From Rhina ancylostomus (lineage: Eukaryota), in assembly GCA_030265395.1 (NCBI GenBank), contig JARFYF010000068.1:6418634-6482633 (forward strand): a DNA stretch of 64,000 bases, in the 5' to 3' direction. Both the position numbers and the translations under genes were made by a program. The notes beneath the pieces were generated by a model. The model had not been told where the DNA came from. It ran no database searches and was given only the letters and a program-made list of their open reading frames with translations. Within the stretch, counting starts at the first letter, position 1. Each line of letters opens with the position of its first letter. Shown piece by piece: positions 37,340 to 49,815 of this stretch.

Positions 37340-38795
37340 CTACAAATAAATGCATACGCAATCAGAGCAAGAACACAACGAATAGTTCGAGTCAAATTCT
37401 AATGAACATTCAGAATCCGTTCTTTGTTAAACCAATGGCTCGTTGAGTTCTTGTTGAAAACCGTTCTACAAAAGTATCATGGAACGGGCCCTTATCAAAT
37501 TAGTCTCCTGCTGCATTGGAAACAATTTTCAATGGTAATAAGACGGTCATAATTTAATGGGCATCATTTGTGTAAATCAGATTGGGAATTTGAATTCTGT
37601 TAATGTCGTACGTTGTTGAGTAAGAGGATTGCATTCAATATTGATGCTTATGCAAATGGCTCAGAACATGCTCAACATGGTCACTACCAGGCTTCTGACA
37701 TGTAATTCACGTTCGTGCCAATGTGTGGACTTGGCCACTGCGGTTCCCGTACGCAGATGCTTTACAGTCGAGGATGTCCCTCGAAGCGAAACGTGGTCTG
37801 TGGTTGACTGGGCCATGGGTTCCTTCCGCTGCACCTCCGAGCCCGACAGATTTTAACAGCCAACAGATGTTTTTTGAGCAGTTAAGCAATACCTCTGTCA
37901 GTCTGATACATTTCCAAAATCATAAACAGATACAGGAAAATAAACTGATAAGGAAAATAATTTTAATGCATTGATTTGACACACCGCAAACGAATAACTC
38001 AGGAAATCATTAACAAAAATTCACTTAGCTATAATTTGTTTTAATTAACTTCTCAGAGGATACCAATGCAAATATTTCTTAGAAATATTTGGAACCACCT
38101 TCATCAATAAAGACCACTTTCTTTCGTGCGTGCTCTGCTGCATCATCGGAAAAGTCCTTTTTTCAATTTAAGAAGTGAGAAATTAGAATAATAAATTAGA
38201 CGGGATATTATAAAAATCAACCAAGGCTGAACTAAATATTGATGTAGTCGGCAGTTTATTGAGGATGTCCGTTCTTCTGCTCCACCTTCAGGAGAGGAAG
38301 CCTTGAGTCATATGTAACATTGATATACCAAAAACAAGTATCAGTACAGCCTGTACAGTGTTCTTACCAATGGTTTGAATAATTGCTACTGTTTGAGCAA
38401 AAAAAAACGCTTTTTCGTTATACATCCGAAAGTTCCTTGTGTTGAACAAGCACGCTTAGGACAGTGGAGAAATGGGGTTGTCACTGGTTGTTCTGAATAA
38501 GAATACGCAGTCATGATAAAATGCTTACACAACTTGTTTAGGATTCTTAAAGATTTTTCCTGTTAATCTCTATTAGGCATGAATGGTGGGCTTCACGACC
38601 AAACTGGTCTCAATTTAGTGAGAAAATGAGGAAGTTCTACGATGTTCCAGATTTTCATCAACTTTGATTGAAACATAATTTGGCAGAGATCAGCAATGGG
38701 TTGGCAATCCGCCGTTTTATAATTTTGTGCAAGGGAGGTGGATTATCTGTAAAACACCACTGAAGAAATGATAGTGAAAGAAAGCTTTCGTTTAC

Positions 38796-38822
38796 CTGCA
38801 TCCTTGATACGTAATAGTTTCT
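38796..38822 (-). CDS. Microexon 14 (27 nt): EKLLRIKDA
   Basis: ttctgtgcccattctcgcag|AGAAACTATTACGTATCAAGGATGCAG|gtaaac. Confidence 0.9.
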
Positions 38823-39909
38823 CTGCGAGAATGGGCACAGAATTCAGAAAAAAAGGTGAGAGAAATGTCGCAAGTTTTCCGTTGTGGTCACATAGTTCAT
38901 TCTAAGGGCACTGTCATACTACACATATTGTGGGACGGAAATTGATTCCGTATAGGAAGTGGATGAATCGATTCATATGTTGCGATTTTCGAAGTGATAC
39001 AGGACTAATAAGCCAAACATTCTTTCTCTTCTTGGTTGAAATATGTAAGGTAATTCGATTAAAATAACAAAATGCTGAGAATTCTAGATTGCGAAAAATA
39101 CAGAACAAAGCTGGAAATAGCTATCATATCTGAGAGCATGTAGAGTGAGGACAGTCCTCGAAGAACCCTCACAACAATAGATGAAGGATTTTGGAATTGT
39201 CATGGTTCCTGTAGAAAAAAAATGAACTGAAAAGGAAAGAAAATGAAATTCGAAATAAGGAATAGTTCAGACGGGCCAATGAAAAGTACAAATAATGAGT
39301 AGCGGTAAGATGCGGGAACCTGTAAGTGTGAAGGGAATAGATGGAAGAGGTACAGTTGTGCCCAGTGACAACTTGGATTACGTGATATTTATCTCCGCAA
39401 TCAATAGAATTCATGAGAGTATTTTAGAGAAACGACCTTTGAAATTCACAAGGTAATGGTCGACTGGCCAATTAACGTCAGTAGGTTGAAGGTAATTGGT
39501 CGTTTGAACTGAACAAAGGGAGAGGTGCTTTTCCACGAGGTCAGAATTTTCCAGAAATATTTGAAACACGAGTGGAACGGAGGTAGGGATGCCGNNNNNN
39601 NNNNNNNNNNNNNNNNNNNNNNNNNNNNNNNNNNNNNNNNNNNNNNNNNNNNNNNNNNNNNNNNNNNNNNNNNNNNNNNNNNNNNNNNNNNNNNNNNNNN
39701 NNNNNNNNNNNNNNNNNNNNNNNNNNNNNNNNNNNNNNNNNNNNNNNNNNNNNNNNNNNNNNNNNNNNNNNNNNNNNNNNNNNNNNNNNNNNNNNNNNNN
39801 NNNNNNNNNNNNNNNNNNNNNNNNNNNNNNNNNNNNNNNNNNNNNNNNNNNNNNNNNNNNNNNNNNNNNNNNNNNNNNNNNNNNNNNNNNNNNNNNNNNN
39901 NNNNNNNNN

Positions 39910-39994
39910 CTAATCAGTCCAGCATGGAATCCATGTGCTGGACAACAAGGCATTAAAGGAGCCAAATTGAGGGCCAGAACTCAGAAACATGATA
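39910..39994. mobile_element. Right end of a Gypsy-type LTR (family of 62520-63001)
   Basis: Nearly identical to about 22304-22386; terminus TGATA (decayed TGACA). Confidence 0.75.
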
Positions 39995-40508
39995 TTTATA
40001 AGCATGAAATTACAGTCACTGTTGTAAGAAAGTTTTGTATCAAATAGAAAATCACCGAGATTAATAAGAAAAGAACTATACAATATATTAACCCAGTACA
40101 ATAGTTCAGACACATGGAAGGAGTAACCATGCTTGTTTATTGCACATTTATATATTACTTCTTATTTTAGAATCGGTAACCGTAACATTTGTCTCAATTC
40201 AACGTTTCAGGTCGACGTGCATGATCATGAGGAGGAAGGAATAGCATAGCCCAATGAAGAAAGGGCCTGATAAACTTCCATGCATCTGCAAGCCTCATGC
40301 ATTATGGCTTATATTTTTCATTATAATTGTACTTTAGATGTCTTGAACACATCTCCGTAAAACAAACAATCATTGCTATAGTCCAACTGTCTTTTGTTTA
40401 ACCACGAAAATTTATAAAAAATCCACCTAAATATTTATAAAAGGAGCTCAATTTAACGTCTTCACCAGCCGTTTAGGATGACTTGAAATAATTTACATTT
40501 CATCTCAC

Positions 40509-40544
40509 CGATATCCTTTCGAATTGCCTCCAATTGTTCGAGTT
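40509..40544 (-). CDS. Microexon 13 (36 nt): ELEQLEAIRKDI
   Basis: gcatatgcattttcag|AACTCGAACAATTGGAGGCAATTCGAAAGGATATCG|gtgaga. Confidence 0.9.
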
Positions 40545-41346
40545 CTGAAAATGCATATGCTTCGATCACATTCGGTCTATTCACAACAGTCAAACGAAGA
40601 ACTTACTCAAGACCAAAGATGTTCGCAGCTTTTGAGGTAATCCCTCGGATTTGTTATGCCTTTTTACGATGCGAAATTAATGTATGGGTATCCTGCAGGT
40701 GATCCGGTTTCCTCTTGCATCCCAAAGATATGCTCATTGTTTGATTATTTTGCTACTTATCTCAGAGGTAGGTGGATGAAAACAGAACATAGGTGAGCTA
40801 ATTGTCACGTGCGAGAAAATAAATTGCAGGTTATTAAGTGGAAGAGAGAGATTGATGGGATTTTTGAGAAGCAGAGTGGATTGATTGGGCCAAAAGGAAA
40901 TAATTTGTCATGTTATGAAATGATAGAGATGTCAACTCTTACACAGCAGAGACTTTGGAGTTCAAATTAGTCTTGCAATAGATTGCAGTGATTTGCTGTA
41001 ATGCTCAAGATGCTGTATTCGGGGAAAACGCTAACTCAGGAATCCATCTACTTTTGGAGGTTGTCAATGGTGAGCAAAGACGTCCAGGGAGCCTACGCAC
41101 AAATTGTCTGCTTGCTTATTGCAGTAGAACACCGATTGCACTTCCATTAGATTGAATAGATGTAAAACGAACTATTATTTTATGGTATAATTGAACTATC
41201 CCCTGTATTTTGATTTATTGTGTGGGATTGAGTCGCAGCCTGCTTAACGTATTTTTCGAGAAACGGACACTTGTTTAGGGTGTTGAAAGTCATACTGACT
41301 TAACGTACTGTTGGAAGTACGATACGTACAAATTCGAAGAACCTAC

Positions 41347-41373
41347 CTGTTCTTGCTTCTCTCAGCTTCTGTT
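41347..41373 (-). CDS. Microexon 12 (27 nt): EQKLREART
   Basis: gttcattcatcttacag|AACAGAAGCTGAGAGAAGCAAGAACAG|gtaggt. Confidence 0.9.
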
Positions 41374-42016
41374 CTGTAAGATGAATGAACTGTTGGTTAT
41401 ACGCAGTTTACATTGAAAATAAACTTCAAATTTCAGAACATTTACTGAAACGGCGACTTCAATGTAAAGAAAAGTCACACTGCGTCTTATGCACGCATTT
41501 TCCATATTTACTAAATGCATCCTTCTGCACGTGAGACACGTTTAAACAAAGCTAAATATTAACTATCCAAATCTATTTTAGGATNNNNNNNNNNNNNNNN
41601 NNNNNNNNNNNNNNNNNNNNNNNNNNNNNNNNNNNNNNNNNNNNNNNNNNNNNNNNNNNNNNNNNNNNNNNNNNNNNNNNNNNNTCCAAATCTATTTTAG
41701 GATAATCATTTAACAGCTCATTATAAATAAAACTTCGTAAGGGATGTGGTATAAAAATAGACATCGAACATTCTGTGGGATGAAGTTACAAAAAATGGAC
41801 ATATTATTCTTAGAAAACGGACTTACTGCGGTTAACTAGGATGCAATAAACGTAGAACATTGTCTGAGTGGGTTGGCAAGATACTGAATAATGCGGGTAA
41901 ATTGATTACAAACAACTATGGAGATGCGAAAAGGTATAATTTCTGAGTTCTGCTTTCAAAAACAACGTTGGTACAATTGCTTACCTCGTCCCAATCCAAC
42001 GTATTAAATTACTCAC

Positions 42017-42043
42017 CATCGGTTTTCAAATGATCAGACATTT
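42017..42043 (-). CDS. Microexon 11 (27 nt): EMSDHLKTD
   Basis: cactattactatttcag|AAATGTCTGATCATTTGAAAACCGATG|gtgagt. Confidence 0.85.
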
Positions 42044-42074
42044 CTGAAATAGTAATAGTGTTAGTAATAACAAT

Positions 42075-43195
42075 AAACATAGAAAACAGAACATTACAGC
42101 GCAGTACAGGCCATTCGGCCCACAATGATGTGCCGACATTTTATTTTGCTCTAAGATCTAACCCTTCCCTCCCACATAGCCCTCCATTTCTCTATCATTC
42201 ATGTGGCTATCAAAGAGTTTCTTAAATGGCTTTAATGTATCTGCCCCACAACTTCTGCCAACATTGCGTTCCACGCACCCACCACTCTCTGTGTAAAAGA
42301 ACTTACCTATAATATCCCCCTATATCTTCCTCCAATCACCTTGTGTCCCCTCGTTTAAGGGATTGTCGCCATGAAGTCTCTGGCCGTCCACTCGGTCTAT
42401 GCCTCTTATCATCTTGTACACCTCTATCAAGTCACCTCTAATCCTCCTTGGTCCAAAGAGAAAAGTCCTATATTACTCAACGTATCCTTATAAGACATGA
42501 TCTCCAATCCAGGCAGCATCCTGGTAAATCTCCTCTGCACCCTCTCCAAAGCGTCCACATCCTTCCTATAATGAGGTGACCAGAACTGAACACAATACTC
42601 CAAGTGTGGTCTAACCAGAGTTCTATAGAGNNNNNNNNNNNNNNNNNNNNNNNNNNNNNNNNNNNNNNNNNNNNNNNNNNNNNNNNNNNNNNNNNNNNNN
42701 NNNNNNNNNNNNNNNNNNNNNNNNNNNNNNNNNNNNNNNNNNNNNNNNNNNNNNNNNNNNNNNNNNNNNNNNNNNNNNNNNNNNNNNNNNNNNNNNNNNN
42801 NNNNNNNNNNNNNTAACCTTGTATTTTGCCTTCAATTTCGATGTATCACTTCACACTTTTCCTTGTTGAACTCCATCTGCCACTTCTGCATTCTATCAAT
42901 ATCCTGTCGTCATCTGCAAGAACCTTCCACACTATCCACCACACCAACCTTTGTGTCATCAGAAAAATTTCTATCTCACCCTTCCACATCCTCATCGAAG
43001 CCATTTAAAAATCACAAAGAACAGGAGTCCCAGAACAGATCTCTACGGAATGCCACTGTTCACCAACCTCTAGGAAGAATACACCCCATCTACCACCACT
43101 CTCTGTCTTCTATGAGCGAGCCAATTCTGAATCCACACAGCCAAGTTTCCCTGGATCCCATGCCTACTGACTTTCTGAATGAGCCTCCCATGAGG
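42075..43195 (-). mobile_element. Relatively young CR1/HER1 LINE with an internal gap
   Basis: Encodes PHGRLIQKVSRHGIQGNLAVWIQNWLAHRRQRVVVDG; tail at 42075-42095. Confidence 0.9.
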
Positions 43196-44154
43196 AAGTA
43201 TCAAATCATAAGAATAATAACAATAATTACAAGGACAGCAATTTGGGAGGGTGATAACCTGATGCTTCTTGATGGACAATCCAGGGTTCAAACCATAAAT
43301 GGATATAAATTCTGTTCTGGTAGCTGGATAATTTAATTTCAAGCTATGAAATTTTTTCATGTTTAAGTGATGTTGACCATGAAAATGCCGTATTATTATA
43401 ACACCCCAATGATGATCACATAAATCCCTTGGACTAGGATATCTACTATGCTTACCTGAGTCGAGTTTTTTGTGAGCCCAGGTCGATCAATAAGATTGAC
43501 TGTTAACTGCCTCCTTGATTCAAAAGGAACCAGGCATGGATAATATATGCCAGAATTGCCAATGATGCCAGAATAAAACAACAAGTGCATACTGTCTATT
43601 CACTTCCAATATAACTTAGCCTGTCTCTGGAGTTTGTCGCGTGATGATTTAAACTATTGCCTTTATCCTCGTGTCCTTCATAAGAACACAAGAAACGACC
43701 AAAATATGAAATTAGTGTGACGTTCTAGAGCTTTGGTCCATTGGATCCAGACCCACCACTAAAAAAGACTCTGGCTCATCCTAGCCTCAGGCCACATTAC
43801 AACCTGATATACAGATAATGTGACTCTGTGTCAAAGACGTATCACTCTAAACGTATACAATGAGTGAACGTTCAAAAGGTAGAAACATTTAAAGCTCCTT
43901 GCGTGAAAGCTCTCCTTAAATCTGGCGTACTCCACTGCTCAAGGTGTGATCTTACCCACTCATGCAGCACGGCATAAGCCAGTATCTGTTAATTATTACC
44001 TGAATCTCTCGTGATTTAATGTGATGAATTCCTATTCTTTTAAACTCCAGGGGGAACTTTTCATTGTTAAATGTCGTGCTACACAAAATAGAATTTTTTT
44101 CCAAGGAAGTGAAAAGTAGAATCGATTGGAGCAACATTTCTGATATAGACTATA

Positions 44155-44229
44155 TGTCACAATGTTGATCCAGAGCAAACTCACAGAGAACCCAAATGCG
44201 GCACACTGATACAAGACTGGAGTCAGGAT
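44155..44229. mobile_element. Left end of a Gypsy-type LTR (family of 62520-63001); rest in the 538-N gap
   Basis: TGTCACAATGTTGA...CTCACAGAGAACCCAAATGCGGCACACTG...GACTGGAGTCA matches 62520-62595. Confidence 0.8.
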
Positions 44230-44999
44230 NNNNNNNNNNNNNNNNNNNNNNNNNNNNNNNNNNNNNNNNNNNNNNNNNNNNNNNNNNNNNNNNNNNNNNN
44301 NNNNNNNNNNNNNNNNNNNNNNNNNNNNNNNNNNNNNNNNNNNNNNNNNNNNNNNNNNNNNNNNNNNNNNNNNNNNNNNNNNNNNNNNNNNNNNNNNNNN
44401 NNNNNNNNNNNNNNNNNNNNNNNNNNNNNNNNNNNNNNNNNNNNNNNNNNNNNNNNNNNNNNNNNNNNNNNNNNNNNNNNNNNNNNNNNNNNNNNNNNNN
44501 NNNNNNNNNNNNNNNNNNNNNNNNNNNNNNNNNNNNNNNNNNNNNNNNNNNNNNNNNNNNNNNNNNNNNNNNNNNNNNNNNNNNNNNNNNNNNNNNNNNN
44601 NNNNNNNNNNNNNNNNNNNNNNNNNNNNNNNNNNNNNNNNNNNNNNNNNNNNNNNNNNNNNNNNNNNNNNNNNNNNNNNNNNNNNNNNNNNNNNNNNNNN
44701 NNNNNNNNNNNNNNNNNNNNNNNNNNNNNNNNNNNNNNNNNNNNNNNNNNNNNNNNNNNNNNNNNNNGAATTCATTACAATCAAACGAAAGTACCTTCCT
44801 CAGTTCTGACAGCAGGTCAGCAGCCGTCTTTTAAAATCCGAGCGTGTGACCAGGAGAAGCGCAATTATTGTACATCTGGACGGCAGAACGATTTGTTGAA
44901 TACCATGTGCTATTCCAGTCATTAGAAACATGAATTTCATCAATAATAAAAGAACATCAACAATAAAATCAAGCGAAGTAGTAAATTCACTCTGATTAC

Positions 45000-45026
45000 C
45001 TGAATCTTTTTTGCGGAGACGATATT
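45000..45026 (-). CDS. Microexon 10 (27 nt): EYRLRKKDS
   Basis: aaatatgtttacag|AATATCGTCTCCGCAAAAAAGATTCAG|gtaatc. Confidence 0.87.
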
Positions 45027-46494
45027 CTGTAAACATATTTGTTAATTAAAGATACCAACAATATTCATCACCATATTATTGGTAATAAAAATGCGAACAC
45101 AGACGAAATAATTACATTCAACTGACCATTTGAACGTATTACTGATGTTAAATAGGGAGAATTCATAAATTTATAGCTTGGGACATACGACCACAAAATA
45201 AAAGAATTTTCATTGATACCGAGCAACTTCATTTATTGAGGAGGGAGAGAGAAAGGGGGAACTGGGTTTTGTGTGAGGTGAATTCTGAAAATGGGAAGCT
45301 AAGCTAGTACATTTACTTCCCCACCGACTTCAGTAGCTCAATTAAATGTGTGACACAAAAATTGTTTCGGATAGCTTTTCATCCTTCCTATCGATAGTTG
45401 CTTAGTTGGACATTGCATTTAAATATTGGGGAAAATTCCACAGATTTTTATTGTCTGAGAAGATTGCGAGACGAAGAATGAATAAATGTGCCATACAAAA
45501 TGAATAAACAAATTGGGCAAGGGGATACAAGGGCTGTATTGGTGAACATTGCCAACCGACTGGCGTGAACAGTTTACAGGTATTAAAAATGAGATGATAA
45601 AACATGAACACAGTGCTTTGATATGTGATAATAAGACAAACGAAAATGGAAAACGAGTAATTTTATTTCCTGGTGTTACTGCAGGGAAGGGAAATATCAT
45701 GCCACCTATTATACGTCGCAAGTTTCCTCGAGGGAAATGTTAATAAAAATGGACCACAGGTCCGCTAACCCGAATCCGGACTGTTTGTTTCCCCCAGAGC
45801 TTTGATCATACCAATACTGATATTGGTATGATCAAAGTCATACATAATATATTACATGTTGCATTTTTAGAATCTTTTTGGTCAATCTCATCTGGACTGT
45901 TTTGTGCGTAAGGGAGTAAATAGTTTGAGATTGCGTGTGCTTGTGACAGTGGTAAAGATGAAACAAAATGGATGCTGTGTGCTTCTGACTCTTTGGGATA
46001 ACGTGTTTCTTTTTCAAGAAACCACGTGATGTATGCATGGAGAATATGAAGATAAAGAATTATCCAAGTAGCAATTACATTATAAAATAGAAAATAACAG
46101 TAGACATATAAAGACATTGTACTGAAGACGAAATAAAATGGAAAAGAATCATCCATTGTTAGGGAAACATACCTGCACTCCCTGACAGGCATTTTATAAT
46201 AAATTGTCATTTAGCAGCATCGCTTAAAGTCAAAATTAATTTCATTGAACCTCCGATGCCTGGTCAAGCGGAAGACGTTGCTGCAGATTTCCACCAAAGC
46301 AAATGGAGGAGCTTTGGAGAGACTTTCTTCTTCTTTATACTTTGATATGCCGACACTTGCATAAATAGGTTCAGCAAACAATTCTGAACTTTTAATCAGT
46401 ATGCATACAGGTCAACACCAGAAAAATGTAGAACACGTCAACAATTTTGATATAACTATTGAAGTAGCAAAATATTCGTGAGGTGATATCTCAC

Positions 46495-46530
46495 CAGCAT
46501 CCTGCAGACTTTTTCTAAGTTTTTCTATTT
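46495..46530 (-). CDS. Microexon 9 (36 nt): EIEKLRKSLQDA
   Basis: ccattgttggatttcag|AAATAGAAAAACTTAGAAAAAGTCTGCAGGATGCTG|gtgaga. Confidence 0.9.
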
Positions 46531-46816
46531 CTGAAATCCAACAATGGCACAAAGCAGGATTATATCTCTGCAAATCAGAGTGCAAAACATTTCAAAAAGA
46601 AGCAAGTTTAATAATCTAAACCCGCCGAGTTTTAATGAGTTTCTCCGATGAGACGATTTATTTTGATATACAGAACAAATTAAAGGAGAAATCGTGTTTG
46701 ACGTTAAGACTAGAGAGGTAAAGACGGGACCTGTTCCAGAACTCCTACTCCACCATTAGAATTTTGAAATCATTTAACATTTCTTGCAGAGTATATATGA
46801 ATGCCGGCAGACTCAC

Positions 46817-46843
46817 CTTGATCTTTCCTTCGTAAGTCACTCG
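46817..46843 (-). CDS. Microexon 8 (27 nt): ASDLRRKDQ
   Basis: aatgtactcttttacag|CGAGTGACTTACGAAGGAAAGATCAAG|gtgagt. Confidence 0.9.
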
Positions 46844-48766
46844 CTGTAAAAGAGTACATTAACTCAGTAAATCTAATATGTATATGGACTTAGATGATTA
46901 TCATTCATAATGCTAGATAATAGACAGAGACAACATAAATATTATTAATTAAGACAAAATGCTCAGTAGATACAAATGTGATACTTCGGAAATTTAGATG
47001 AACCAGTAACAGTTGAAATGCTCAAATGGAAATGTTAGCGAAGATGTTGAGTGATTGTGGCACCTGTTCCATTTTAAACGGACATATATTTTATATACGT
47101 TCAGTATTGTTATGCTCATGGATGAGCATGGATAAGGAGACAGATGAGAAGATTCCTTTCCTTCAATTTTAAAGGCTATTACAGGAAAGTGATGAGATCG
47201 AGTGAACCGTCGGTTATCATTCTTTGAATGTACCAGGGAACTAACTCGGCCAAGATGTAAAATTACGTCACAAGGAATTTCGACAAAATTTTGTTAAACA
47301 GACAAGGATAGATTTGTTCTCAATCAGATGAGACAGATAACCAATTAATTTCTGCTGTATAATTTTCTGAGCATGCTGTCACTTTTGTAAGAATTTGGTT
47401 TAATATTGTTCTCCATTTCCTATTCCGCTGAAGCTGACATGGACAAAGTCAGAAATGACATTTGTTATATAGCTGTAAACTCGATCCAAAATCAGTTGTT
47501 AAAATCCTCTTCATACATTTCAACAAATATAGCGTTTTCCCTCTCTCAGTGCGTTAGTTACCTTAATTTTAACCTTCCTATTCACAAACAAAAAGATAAT
47601 TTCCTAAAAGCCCTTCATACATTTCACCGCCCAGAATACGATGCTGGACGCAGACTCGGTCTGCACAGCACTTGTTTCTCTGCGATATGACACCATATTC
47701 TGTGAAAAAGAAGTAACGCAGAATAAATTTTATCTCCGGTTGATGGTGACAAAAGAAAAACTGAAGATCGCAGTACGGGGTCAGTAAGTTTCTGAGATGG
47801 GCAGAGATTTGACAAAATAGATTTTGTTGATGCGTGAGGTAAATCAGTCTGGAGAGGATAACGGGAACACGTAACAAATGGTGACATCTCCGAAATGTGT
47901 AAAGATACTGGAGTTTATAGGATCCATCCACGAACAGTGCAAACAGGTCATTAGCTAAATAAGAATATTGATCTCTTTCTATAATACCGACTAATGGAAT
48001 GTAACACAGTGTGTCTTGACTGCTTCGCTCCCGTGGCAGTTCCACGTGTTCAAATGTGAATAGTAATATTTCAGCTGCATTTTTGTTACGACATTGAACA
48101 ACCAGATTGAAAATATATCTCAACAGCCAGCTCCAGATAATTATACCTAGTCTCTGGGCTCAATGCTGCGTCCAACATTTAAGCGCGCTGGCATCTGAAC
48201 TGTAACACATTGCAGAATTCTTCATTTGTAAGCACAGGGATGGAAGAGGAGCAGACGAATTAAATCAGTAATAGCGCGTGAACAGCGTCACCAGAGTCCT
48301 TCGCAATATATTAATCTGGAATTTTAATTACTGTGGATTTTAGACTGGATTTCTGCCTATTACACAATGGAACAAAGTTTGCATGTCCCTAAACAGTGGC
48401 GGACCAATAATGAAAGCAAAGCAATTAGATACAGATTATTTCTGGTGTTCTGTACAGTTGTGCCACCCATTGCAAATGCTCTCTACGTTGATTGCCAGTG
48501 AAATCAGCAGAAACAAACTCACGGGTTAATTTAACACATAGGTTGCTTAATCAAAGTGGCATAGTTATGCCCAAATTATCCACAAATATACTGATATTTT
48601 CCTTCGAAACCTAAATTATCCGAATCATTGTGTACATTTTATTTTAAAAATAAAGCTTTTAATGTCAACATCACTGCCCACGTACCCGTGTTTAAGATAC
48701 CCAAATAAGAAGCCGCGAGTAACAGAAGGTGTCATGGCAAACAAGAAATTACATTATTATACTTAC

Positions 48767-48793
48767 CCAAACCTCAAAGAAGGAAATTCAGTT
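48767..48793 (-). pseudogene. 27-nt exon with in-frame stop (ELNFLL*GL): poison or dead microexon
   Basis: attttgttattcttatgcag|AACTGAATTTCCTTCTTTGAGGTTTGG|gtaagt; shares CTT CTT at codons 5-6 with exon 4. Confidence 0.55.
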
Positions 48794-49479
48794 CTGCATA
48801 AGAATAACAAAATGCATGCAATGGCAGAAATTTTATTAAGGATCTGGCAACGCAAGATTTTTATATCACTTTCACGAAGAGATATTATCAATGTGCTTTT
48901 ATTATTCTAGTTAAATCTAACAGTTCATTTAGAACAAAAAGTTACATTAAAATAATGTCACATTTTTTTCTGCACTTGTTGACTTCTTTAGTGATTTATC
49001 TGCTCAATAAGTATCAGGCTTAAAACAAATTAATTTCAGCACTTATGCCTTGAAGCTATTTTGTCTGAATCGACAAATCTAATTTGGGTAAGTTTTAGTC
49101 GACAGTATAGGCCAAGCAGGCATGGGGATTCTTCGACAGGTATGGAGATCCACCATTTAGAGATAAAAAAAGATCATCAGCCTTTGATCTGGTTGAACTC
49201 GTATGGGATTGCTCAAGATAATACTGGAAATTGCTATGGAATCCCTGTTGTGAGAAAGGGCGACGAATGAAAATAGTTGTGCCAACGTCGAAGAAAAAGT
49301 GGTCGGCCAAACAATATGCAGACAGTAAACAAGACGGGAGTGACTGCTGGGGTGTCTGTAAGCAAGATGACTGCATTGATTGTTTTTAACGATATTATAG
49401 GTGGAAACGGAACATTTGTGACGCACAACCTAGATATGTGATGCAACCTAGATGCATAAGACAGGATTTCATTGAACCT

Positions 49480-49815
49480 TTCAAAATTCTGACAGTGCTG
49501 CAATGACTGTATGTGGGGAGGATATTTTCCTTGGCATCATGTCTCCAGTTATTGGGTAAGAGAGTTAGTATTGAAATGAGGAAAGGTTGTTTCAATAAGA
49601 AGATGATGATCCTTTGGAATTCGCTACCACAATGTGAAGTAGGGGCCAAGCTCACTGAACACATCGAAGAAGAAGATCGATACATTTCTGGATACATAAT
49701 GCCTCAAAGGCATGGGGAACGTGCTGGTAAATGGTACTGAGTTAGGTGATCAGCCATGATCATACTGGATGCCAGGACAACCAGGTACGGTCGAATGACA
49801 TGTTTCTGTTTCTAT
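49480..49815 (+). mobile_element. Degenerate CR1 3' end
   Basis: Encodes EMRKGCFNKKMMILWNSLPQ; GATCAGCCATGATC 3' UTR motif; TTTCTATG tail. Confidence 0.7.

Noticed and set aside
31033-44834. Long ORFs spanning N runs (for example 44032-44784 and 39411-39965)
   Set aside because: Artefacts of translating gaps
46173-46181. 9-nt candidate GGAGTGCAG; similar tiny candidates at 9633-9641, 9383-9394 and 527-535
   Set aside because: In frame, but with marginal splice sites and no module support; cannot be told from chance without reads
47578-48123. Longest gap-free ORF (181 aa), including an in-frame 72-nt exon candidate at 47628-47699
   Set aside because: No recognisable domain; the 72-nt piece has a weak donor and does not match the exon size or composition of the gene
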